Shown: positions 34,944-42,980 of the stretch, piece by piece
Layout of the letters: each line of letters opens with the position of its first letter
How positions within the stretch are numbered: position 1 is the first letter of the stretch
From: Candidatus Avelusimicrobium sp.
GTDB lineage: Bacteria; Elusimicrobiota; Elusimicrobia; Elusimicrobiales; Elusimicrobiaceae
Reading direction: 5' to 3'
Assembly: GCF_050873505.1 (NCBI RefSeq)
Contig: NZ_JBNMIY010000002.1
Location: forward strand, 138,930-202,929
Length of the DNA stretch: 64,000 nt
Program-made: the position numbers and the translations under genes
The notes under the pieces: model-generated
Told to the model about the DNA's origin: nothing
What the model saw: only the letters and a program-made list of their open reading frames with translations
Database searches by the model: none

Positions 34944-35837
34944 CTATTTTACGCTTTGCCCCGCCAAGGCGCGGCGGTATAACGCCCCGGCCCGGTAACT
35001 GCTGCGCACCAAGGGCCCGCTGGCAACGCCCTTAAAACCCAAGGATAGCGCGTATTCTTCCCAAGCCTTATATTCCTGCGGGTCGGGGTAGCGCGCCACC
35101 GGGTAATGCGCGACGGAAGGGGCCAAATACTGCCCAATCGTCAGCAAATCAACTCCCACGGAGCGCAAATCCTTCATTAAGGTTTTTAACTGTTCTTCCG
35201 TCTCGCCAAGGCCCACCATAAAGCCCGTTTTGGTAAAAATTTCAGGCGCCAGTTTTTTGGAATTTTCCAAGAGCGTAAGCGTCCTTTTATAATCAGCACC
35301 GATACGCACCGCGCTATACAATTCTTGCACTGTTTCCACATTGTGCGCCAGTACCGCCGGGCGTGCGTCCAAAACGGTTTTAAGCGCCTGTTTATCCCCC
35401 TTTAAATCGGAAATTAAGGGTTCCACCAGCACCCCGGGCATCAGTTGGTGGATAGCGTTTATCACGCGCGCAAAATGCGCGGCTCCGCCGTCTGGTAAAT
35501 CGTCGCGTGTGGGCATTGTCAGCACCGCATAGCGGATGCCCCACTCCTTTACGGCTTCGGCCACCCGCCGGGGCTCGTTTTCGTCCGGCGGCAAGGGGCG
35601 CGCCTTGGTTACCGCACAAAAGCGGCAGCCGCGCGTGCATAAATCGCCCAGCACCATAAAGGTAGCATCGCCACAGTTAAAGCACTCCCCCCTATTGGGG
35701 CAATGCGCCGCGTGGCAAACGGTGTGCAAAACGTGTTTATCAATAGAAGCCTGCGCCGAGAGCGCGGCCGAAGTACGCAGGGCGGCTTTGTTGCGCCCGG
35801 CCAAATCTTTGAGCCATTGGGGTATCGGAATCGTCAT
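34944..35837 (-). CDS. lipA: Lipoyl synthase
   Basis: Contains the radical-SAM motif CTRGCRFCAV and the auxiliary cluster CPNRGECFNCG. Confidence 0.93.
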   Translation of the reverse strand: MTIPIPQWLKDLAGRNKAALRTSAALSAQASIDKHVLHTVCHAAHCPNRGECFNCGDATFMVLGDLCTRGCRFCAVTKARPLPPDENEPRRVAEAVKEWGIRYAVLTMPTRDDLPDGGAAHFARVINAIHQLMPGVLVEPLISDLKGDKQALKTVLDARPAVLAHNVETVQELYSAVRIGADYKRTLTLLENSKKLAPEIFTKTGFMVGLGETEEQLKTLMKDLRSVGVDLLTIGQYLAPSVAHYPVARYPDPQEYKAWEEYALSLGFKGVASGPLVRSSYRAGALYRRALAGQSVK

Positions 35838-35915
35838 AAAAATTATTATACAAAAACAGGCGCGTTTCCCGCCGAAAACGATATAATATAAGAAATAGTA
35901 ACCTTGGGGTATTTT

Positions 35916-38003
35916 GTGAAATATTTTATTTTTCTGATTAGTTTTCTCTTTCTGTTTACGGCCGCGTGGGCGGACGAAGCCCCCAAAACCGAGGCCGAAC
36001 GCTTAAAAGAGGCGGGCGAGTTGTACTTTGCCTACAAGCCCGATGACGCCTTTGACGAATACATACAACTTTCAAAAGATACCAAAAACCGCCAAGCCTT
36101 TTTAAATGCGGCTTTTATCGCTATGGAAAAGAACGAGCCCAAAAAAGCCGTGGACATTGCCCAAGCCGCCTATAAAATTTATCCCAAAGACCGCGAAGTA
36201 ATAGAAATGGCCGCCGAAGCCTTTTTGGCGGACGGACAATACGCCTCTGCCGAAAAACTGCTCGCCCAACTGCCTGAGGACAAGGACCGCTCCGGCTTTT
36301 TATACATCAATTTAGCCCGCGCGCAAATCGGCCTTGGGGATAAAAAACTGGCCAAGTATAACCTGCAACTGGCCGCCCGCGCCGGCACTCATCCGGCCCT
36401 TGCCAACTACCTGCTGGGAACTTTGTACGAACAAGATAAAGAATATAAAAAAGCCGCCGAAGTGTTTGAAAAGGCTTCTACCTATGACCACCAATTTATT
36501 GAAGCCAAAAAGCACTACGCCGCCGTGCTTGAAAAACTGGGCAATTACAACGAAGCCTACCGCCAGTACCGTATGATTTACTCGTCCGACAAAAGCAATA
36601 GCGAGGTCAACCAGGCACTAGAAAGGCTCCGCCCGCGCATTACCCGCACAGAAAAACAACTTACGGGCGGAAAGGAAATTTTAAAGCACACCTTTGTAAA
36701 GCCCTTTGCCTTGCCGGACGGCGTAAAAACGCGCGAAATAAAAATAGGTATCGGGATGCGCCAAAACGGCCGCCCGCCCGAACGCCACGCCTTGCATTTT
36801 ATTCCGTCCCACGCCTTTACGGTTACCGATGCTAAAACAGGCAAACTGTTGGGTAAAGGCAACGCGCGGGAAAGTTGGGTGGCCCTTTTGCAAAACGGCA
36901 AAGCGCATTTATCTTCCCCCGCGGGCAAAAAAATATCGTTTTCCGGCTCTGTAATGATTACCCCCACCTCCAAAACGCAAGGCGAAGGGGCCACCATTAT
37001 CGTAAAAAACGTAATGAGCGGCGCTGGGATGACTTGGGCCAGCGTGGACGATAAAGAATACCGCGGCAAGTTGCAAATTACGCACAATACCAAAAACAAT
37101 ACGCTGGTGCCGATAAACATTGTAACCATAGAGGAATATTTGCAGGGCGTTATTTCGTCCGAAATGCCGACTAAATTTCCGATGAACGCCTTGCGTGCGC
37201 AGGCCGTTTTGGCCCGTACTTACGCCCTAAAACACTTGGGCAAACATAAGTCCTACGGGTATGATTTGTGCGACACGCAAAACTGCCAGGTTTATGGCGG
37301 GGTAAGTGCCGAAAGCGAACGCGGAAACGCCGCCGTGGAATCCACCGTAGGCGAAGTGTTGGAATACAAAAACAAACCGATTGAGAGTGTGTTTTCGGCC
37401 AACTGCGGCGGCATTACGCAAAGCGCCAAGGAAGCAGGGTGGAGCGAAACGCCCTATTTAAACCCGGTGTCCGACTACAAGGATTTTAATTTTGATACGT
37501 TACAACCTTACCAGTTTAAGGAACTGTTGCAATACCCGCACGATGCGTACAGCCGCTACGACAAAAACGTCAGTTTGGCGGCCTACCGCTGGACGCGCGT
37601 AGTGGACGAAAAAGACCTGCGCCAAGTGATTAAACGCCAGAAGAAGGATATCGGCCGCATTACGGCCTTAATCCCCTTGCGGCGCGGACGCTCGGGCTAC
37701 GTAAGCCGCTTGCTTGTACGGGGAACCAAGGGCACTGTTACGTTAAATAAAGAAAACGTCATCCGCAATAATTTAAGTTTGGGGATGCTTAGGAGCAGTT
37801 ACTTTATTGTGGAGCCCAATTACGAAAACCGCGAACTGAAATTCTTTGTATTTTACGGCGGCGGTTGGGGGCACGGCGTGGGATTTTGCCAAACGGGCGC
37901 CGCCGGGCGCGCCGATGCGGGGCAGGATTACAAAACGATTTTAAACCACTATTTTCCGCTGGCGGATTTCATTTCCGCACACGCGGACACCCCGGATAAA
38001 TAA
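35916..38003 (+). CDS. TPR-repeat / SpoIID-LytB domain protein
   Basis: The N-terminal half looks like TPR repeats. The C-terminal half (ALRAQAVLARTYAL, CDTQNCQVYGG, FSANCGG) matches SpoIID/LytB signatures. I prefer the GTG at 35916 (MKYFIFLISFLFLFTAAWA) over the TTG at 35904. Confidence 0.85.
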   Translation: MKYFIFLISFLFLFTAAWADEAPKTEAERLKEAGELYFAYKPDDAFDEYIQLSKDTKNRQAFLNAAFIAMEKNEPKKAVDIAQAAYKIYPKDREVIEMAAEAFLADGQYASAEKLLAQLPEDKDRSGFLYINLARAQIGLGDKKLAKYNLQLAARAGTHPALANYLLGTLYEQDKEYKKAAEVFEKASTYDHQFIEAKKHYAAVLEKLGNYNEAYRQYRMIYSSDKSNSEVNQALERLRPRITRTEKQLTGGKEILKHTFVKPFALPDGVKTREIKIGIGMRQNGRPPERHALHFIPSHAFTVTDAKTGKLLGKGNARESWVALLQNGKAHLSSPAGKKISFSGSVMITPTSKTQGEGATIIVKNVMSGAGMTWASVDDKEYRGKLQITHNTKNNTLVPINIVTIEEYLQGVISSEMPTKFPMNALRAQAVLARTYALKHLGKHKSYGYDLCDTQNCQVYGGVSAESERGNAAVESTVGEVLEYKNKPIESVFSANCGGITQSAKEAGWSETPYLNPVSDYKDFNFDTLQPYQFKELLQYPHDAYSRYDKNVSLAAYRWTRVVDEKDLRQVIKRQKKDIGRITALIPLRRGRSGYVSRLLVRGTKGTVTLNKENVIRNNLSLGMLRSSYFIVEPNYENRELKFFVFYGGGWGHGVGFCQTGAAGRADAGQDYKTILNHYFPLADFISAHADTPDK

Positions 38004-38016
38004 TCTGATATATATG

Positions 38017-38052
38017 AAAAACCCCCAGGAAAATCTCCCGGGGGCTGTTTTT
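38017..38052. terminator. Bidirectional hairpin terminator between convergent genes
   Basis: A hairpin based on CCCCC..GGGGG is flanked by A5 and T5. Confidence 0.55.
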
Positions 38053-38068
38053 CATCACTTCTAAAAAC

Positions 38069-39835
38069 TTATTGGCCGGAAAGTTGGCGCTGTGCCTCGG
38101 CCTGCGCCTGCTGGATTTGCTTTTGCTTTTCGGCGTTGGAAAGATTGGAAGCGTTAATCTTATCAATCTTTTCAAACGTCGCGGCCAGCACATCGTGCGC
38201 GTGGGAGCGCAACGCCTGTTTTTGTTCGGCGGGCAACTGCGCTACCGACGGGTCGCGCATAATGGCGTCCACCTGCTTATTTACGCGGGCTTCCTTCATT
38301 TGCGGGGAATCTTGGCGCGCTTGGATGTCTTGGTTTACCTTCAAGCGCAGTTCCATTGCTTTTTTATCAAATTCCGCGGCGGAAATTTCCTGATTGTTCG
38401 CCAGTTCCATATAATCCTGCTGGTATTTTTGCAAGAGGGCGTCAATTTCCCTAGCCCCGGCCTCGCCGTAAATCTGTTGGGCGTTGCCTACCAAACTGCT
38501 GCGCTGTTGCTGTAAATCTCCGCGGACGGCGTTTAATTGCGCGTCCGTCATTTTGTGCTTGCGCGGAAGGACTTTTCCCCCCTCTTCGTCGGCCAGTTGT
38601 CTTTGAACTTCTTCCATTTGCATACCGTCTTCAATCTTGCGCAAACCGTCCAAGGGCATTTGGTGCTGGTGGATGACCTTTTCAATTTCACCGCGGCGCA
38701 CGCGCTGGTTTTCCAGTTGCTGTTTATAATATTCCTCGGCGGGCAACCCTTGGCGCGCCAGTTGCATATCTTTGGCACGGGCCGCATCAATGGCTTGTGC
38801 GGCTTCGCCCGCAATTTGGGAGCCGTACTGTTTGGCAAGGGCTTCCTTTAACTGGTTATCCTTGGTTAAACGCTCTTGTTCAAATTGTCTAAAACCGTTG
38901 TCTTGGCTCATTTTTTCCAACTTTTGTTGGTATTTATTAGCCACTTCGCGCACTTTGTTAGCAATTTGCTGTTGCGTTTGTCCGGGTGCGTTGACGGCGG
39001 AAGCCATTTCCTTTTGGAAGGAATCCATCATCCGGCCCGCTTGGGCTCCGGCCTGCTTGCCATAAGCCTGCGTCATACTCTGCACCACGCTGTCCTTTTG
39101 CGCGGCCACTTGGTCCAACACCGGGGCAAAGGGCCCGGCGGAAACGCCGCGAGAAGAATTGCGTTGGAGGTATTTTTCAATATTGGCGTCTTTTTTGCTT
39201 TTGGGCAAAAGGGCCTTAGCAATCGCTCTATCCAATCCGGAGGAAAGCGTTTCCAACTGTTTGCTTAACTGTTTTTGTTTGTCCTTATTGGCTCCGGCCA
39301 AATAGGGAGCAAAGGCGTTGGCGCGTTCGCGGCGGAGGGCTTCCTCCCGAGTGGGCTGGTAAACACCCGGCGCAGCGGAATTATTAGTCCCCCCGGAAAC
39401 GGTATTGCCGGGCACGCCCGCACGGTATGAGCCGTAATTGGCGGGCATTGTCTGCCCCATATAAGGAGCCCCGGAACCGCTGTAAGAGCCTGAATAAGGC
39501 TTATTTACGGTAGGGGCGCGCAAAGTATAGTCCCCTTGGTTTAAACCCGTTTGCGGGGCATTTGAGGCGGGATAATATGTATTTCCTTGGCGGTGCGTTT
39601 TTTGTTGCGGAGCGTTTTGATACCGCCCGGCGACTTGCCCGGACGGGGCCACGCCCAAAAATTCTTCGTTTTTCAGTTCCTCCAAGGTAGGCTGACGGGG
39701 AACCGCCGCTTGGCGCGTACCCGCTGTCCGGCGGGAAGCGGAACCCGCCCCCGTCGTCTTCATAAACGCCAGGCCTAACGCCAAGAGTACAATGATAATA
39801 AATCCCAGTTGGAGTAGTTTTTTATTTTTTTCCAT
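38069..39835 (-). CDS. Membrane-anchored Q/A-rich coiled-coil protein of unknown function
   Basis: The ATG at 39835 gives MEKNKKLLQLGFIIIVLLALGLAF (a TM anchor). A G/S/Y/N/P-rich low-complexity stretch follows, then a long Q/A/E/K coiled-coil-like region. The track start at 39883 is TTG. Confidence 0.7.
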   Translation of the reverse strand: MEKNKKLLQLGFIIIVLLALGLAFMKTTGAGSASRRTAGTRQAAVPRQPTLEELKNEEFLGVAPSGQVAGRYQNAPQQKTHRQGNTYYPASNAPQTGLNQGDYTLRAPTVNKPYSGSYSGSGAPYMGQTMPANYGSYRAGVPGNTVSGGTNNSAAPGVYQPTREEALRRERANAFAPYLAGANKDKQKQLSKQLETLSSGLDRAIAKALLPKSKKDANIEKYLQRNSSRGVSAGPFAPVLDQVAAQKDSVVQSMTQAYGKQAGAQAGRMMDSFQKEMASAVNAPGQTQQQIANKVREVANKYQQKLEKMSQDNGFRQFEQERLTKDNQLKEALAKQYGSQIAGEAAQAIDAARAKDMQLARQGLPAEEYYKQQLENQRVRRGEIEKVIHQHQMPLDGLRKIEDGMQMEEVQRQLADEEGGKVLPRKHKMTDAQLNAVRGDLQQQRSSLVGNAQQIYGEAGAREIDALLQKYQQDYMELANNQEISAAEFDKKAMELRLKVNQDIQARQDSPQMKEARVNKQVDAIMRDPSVAQLPAEQKQALRSHAHDVLAATFEKIDKINASNLSNAEKQKQIQQAQAEAQRQLSGQ

Positions 39836-39881
39836 AATTACCCGCCGATATGTGATACTCTTATTATAATGCAAAAACGGC

Positions 39882-39912
39882 AAAAAAAGAAGCCCCGCTT
39901 TGCGGCGGGGCT
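39882..39912 (-). terminator. Intrinsic terminator after aspS
   Basis: The stem AGCCCCGC/GCGGGGCT is followed by T8 on the minus strand. Confidence 0.7.
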
Positions 39913-39919
39913 CTTTAAA

Positions 39920-41668
39920 TTACTCTTTGGTAATGCTGATGCCCAATTCTTTGAGTTGGATATCATCCACCGTATTGGGCGAATCCGTCAACGGGCAGAC
40001 AGCCTGCGCCGTTTTCGGGAAAGCGATTACCTCGCGGATGGACTCTTCCCCGGCGAGGAGCGCGGTAATGCGGTCCAAGCCCAGGCCGATACCTCCGTGT
40101 GGAGGCGCACCCGCTTCCAGCGCGTTTAACAGCATACCGAAGCGGCGGGCGGCTTCTTCCTTGGAGTGTTTCATCAAGGCCAAAATACGTTCCTGCACCT
40201 CGCGGCGGCAGTTGCGCACGGAGCCGGAAGCCAATTCGTTGCCGTTTAACACGAGGTCAAACTGGTAGGAGCGGATAGAACCGGGGTCCTTTTCCAAATT
40301 GGGCAAGTCCTCTTCCACCGGGGCGGTAAAGGGGTTATGCGCCGCATCCCAGCGGTTTTCCTCGGGGATGTATTCCAAGAGCGGGAAGTTGGTAATCCAC
40401 ACAAAAGCCCAGTCGCTTAATTGCGGCAACTCTTTGACGAGTTCTTTGCGTAAAGCGCCCATAAAGGTTTGGCAGGTGTGGAGTTTGGCGTCGCTACCGA
40501 TAAAGATAATGTCGCCTTCCTGCGCGGCCACGGAGGCCTGCACGGCTTTTAATTCGTCTTCGGTAAAGAACTTGGCGGACGGACCCTCAAACTTGCCGTC
40601 TTTTACTTTAATCCACACGAGGCCCTTGGCACCGTTCTTTTTGACGAGTTCGGTCAGTTTATCCAAGTGTCCGCGGGAATAGGCGGCGCCTTTTTCGCCA
40701 CGGATGGCGCGGATGGCACCGTTAGCGGCCAAGATATCTTTAAATACTTTAAAGCCTGTATTTTTGAAGATTTCGTTTACGTTCTTCATTTCCAACGTAT
40801 AGCGCAAATCCGGCTTATCGGAGCCGTATTTTTCCATAGCGTCGTGGTAGGAAAGTTTGGGGAACGGGGTCTTTAATTCTTTGCCCGCCGTTTTAAAGAT
40901 TTCCTTCATCAGCCCTTCTACAATTTCGTGGATATCGTCAATCGTTACGAAGGACATTTCCATATCAATCTGCGTATGTTCGGGCTGGCGGTCGGCGCGG
41001 AGATCTTCGTCGCGGAAGCAGCGGGCCAACTGGAAGTAGCGGTCAATACCGCTGGCCATTAAGGTTTGTTTGAACATCTGGGGGCTCTGCGGCAAAGCGT
41101 AAAATTCGCCGTGGTGTACGCGGGACGGAACCAAATAATCGCGCGCGCCTTCGGGCGTGGAACGCGTTAAAATAGGGGTTTCCACTTCCAAAAATCCGTT
41201 GGCGTCCAAATAGCGGCGGGCAGCCTGCGCAATGCGGTGGCGCAGGAGCAAATTGGCAAACATTTTGGGGTTGCGCAAGTCCAAATAGCGGTATTTCAAG
41301 CGGATTTCTTCGGCTACCGAGCGGGATTTATCCACATCAAACGGAAGCGGGATAGAGGTGTTTAACACCTTAAAATCTTCCGCCAACACTTCAATTTCCC
41401 CGGTCTTCATATTTTTGTTTACAGCCCCTTCAATACGGCGCTGTACGGTGCCGGTTACCTGCAAAACATATTCGTTGCGCACAGCGGAAGCCTCGTTGAA
41501 AAAGGGTTTAGAGGGTTCCACCACCACTTGGCAAACGCCGGTGCGGTCGCGCAAGTCAATAAACAGCACCCCCCCGTGGTTGCGGTAACTGTTTACCCAG
41601 CCGCACAGGGTTTGTTTGGTGCCTAACAGGGACGCGGTTACATCCCCGCAGTAATTGGTTCTTTTCAT
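39920..41668 (-). CDS. aspS: Aspartate--tRNA ligase (bacterial type)
   Basis: 582 aa. Contains FIDLRDRTG and the class II motif FRDEDLRADRQPE. Confidence 0.93.
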   Translation of the reverse strand: MKRTNYCGDVTASLLGTKQTLCGWVNSYRNHGGVLFIDLRDRTGVCQVVVEPSKPFFNEASAVRNEYVLQVTGTVQRRIEGAVNKNMKTGEIEVLAEDFKVLNTSIPLPFDVDKSRSVAEEIRLKYRYLDLRNPKMFANLLLRHRIAQAARRYLDANGFLEVETPILTRSTPEGARDYLVPSRVHHGEFYALPQSPQMFKQTLMASGIDRYFQLARCFRDEDLRADRQPEHTQIDMEMSFVTIDDIHEIVEGLMKEIFKTAGKELKTPFPKLSYHDAMEKYGSDKPDLRYTLEMKNVNEIFKNTGFKVFKDILAANGAIRAIRGEKGAAYSRGHLDKLTELVKKNGAKGLVWIKVKDGKFEGPSAKFFTEDELKAVQASVAAQEGDIIFIGSDAKLHTCQTFMGALRKELVKELPQLSDWAFVWITNFPLLEYIPEENRWDAAHNPFTAPVEEDLPNLEKDPGSIRSYQFDLVLNGNELASGSVRNCRREVQERILALMKHSKEEAARRFGMLLNALEAGAPPHGGIGLGLDRITALLAGEESIREVIAFPKTAQAVCPLTDSPNTVDDIQLKELGISITKE

Positions 41669-42894
41669 ATCCGTTTTTTTACCTCGTCAGTTAAAACGTC
41701 AAAAGCAATTTGGGTTTGTTCACCCGTTTGCAAATCTTTCAAAGTGGCTACTTTTTTAGCCAGTTCATCCCCGCCTAAAATAAGCGCGTAGGACGCCCCG
41801 CAGCGGTCGGCCTGCTTCATTTGGCCCTTTACATTTTTTTCAAAAAGGCCGCCTTCGGTGCGCACGCCCGCTTCGCGCAGGGCCTGCATTAAATTAAAGG
41901 CCGTTTCGTTGCAATCTTTTTCAAGCGACACCACGCAAACGCTCTTTTCCTTGGCTCTTTCCACCTCGCCGCGCGATAAAATCACGCGTTCGGCGCCCAT
42001 TGCCCAGCCGATAGCCGGAGTCGCCGGGCCACCCATATTTTTGATGAGCGTATCGTAGCGTCCGCCTGCGGCAATAGCGTTTTGGGAAGCGTCGCCCGCC
42101 TGAAATTCAAACACCGTGCGGGAATAGTAATCCAGCCCGCGCACGAGCATCGGGTCCACTTCAAAATCAATTTTACCCTTTAATAAGCGTTGCACTTCGT
42201 CAAAGTGGGCTTGGCACTCGGGGCACAGGTGCATAGTCGGCACGCGGCCCGCAAAACGGGCGCCGTCAATTTTGCAGTCCAATACGCGCAAGGGGTTCTT
42301 TTCCAAACGCGTTTGGCAGTTTTCGCACAGCGTGTCTTTTTCCTTAGACAAGAAATCAATGAGTTCCTGGCGGTAGAGCGGGCGGCATTTGTCGCACCCT
42401 AAACTATTAATTTTTACTTTATAGTTTTTGGCGCCAAATTTAGCCACGATGTCCTTTAACATCAAAATCACTTCCGCATCGGCAGCCGGAGCGGCGTTGC
42501 CGATGTATTCCGCGCCGATTTGTTCAAACTCGCGGTAGCGGCCCGCCTGCGGGCGTTCCGCGCGGAACATATTGCCAATGTAATAAAATTTTTGCACGGG
42601 TGCGTTTTGCGTAAAATTATTTTCCAAATACGCACGCACCACGCCGGGGGTGCCTTCGGGGCGGATAGCCAACTGGCGGTGCCCGGCATCTTCAAACGCG
42701 TACATTTCCTTTTGGACAATGTCGGTCGTTTCGCCGGTGGATTTAATAAAAAGTTCCTTTAATTCCACGGTGGGCAGGCGCAATTCGCCAAACCCATAAA
42801 GGGAAAATACGCCGCGGGCGCAGTTTTCCAGTTCAGTAAAATTTTTAGATTGGGGTTCAAAGATATCTCTAAACCCGCGTACAAGTTTAGCCAT
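41665..42894 (-). CDS. hisS: Histidine--tRNA ligase
   Basis: Contains GFRDIFEPQS and LAIRPEGTPGVVRAY. It overlaps aspS by 4 nt. Confidence 0.92.
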   Translation of the reverse strand: MAKLVRGFRDIFEPQSKNFTELENCARGVFSLYGFGELRLPTVELKELFIKSTGETTDIVQKEMYAFEDAGHRQLAIRPEGTPGVVRAYLENNFTQNAPVQKFYYIGNMFRAERPQAGRYREFEQIGAEYIGNAAPAADAEVILMLKDIVAKFGAKNYKVKINSLGCDKCRPLYRQELIDFLSKEKDTLCENCQTRLEKNPLRVLDCKIDGARFAGRVPTMHLCPECQAHFDEVQRLLKGKIDFEVDPMLVRGLDYYSRTVFEFQAGDASQNAIAAGGRYDTLIKNMGGPATPAIGWAMGAERVILSRGEVERAKEKSVCVVSLEKDCNETAFNLMQALREAGVRTEGGLFEKNVKGQMKQADRCGASYALILGGDELAKKVATLKDLQTGEQTQIAFDVLTDEVKKRI

Positions 42895-42941
42895 ATAAGT
42901 AATTTTAGCATTTTAGAGGGAAATAAGAATAGCCATATGCC

Positions 42942-42969
42942 AAAAAAGCCCCGGTTTCCCGGGGCTTTT
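42942..42969 (-). terminator. Intrinsic terminator after the 828-aa metalloprotease-like gene
   Basis: The stem AGCCCCGG/CCGGGGCT is flanked by A6 and T4. Confidence 0.65.
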
Positions 42970-42980
42970 GACAGATTGTT

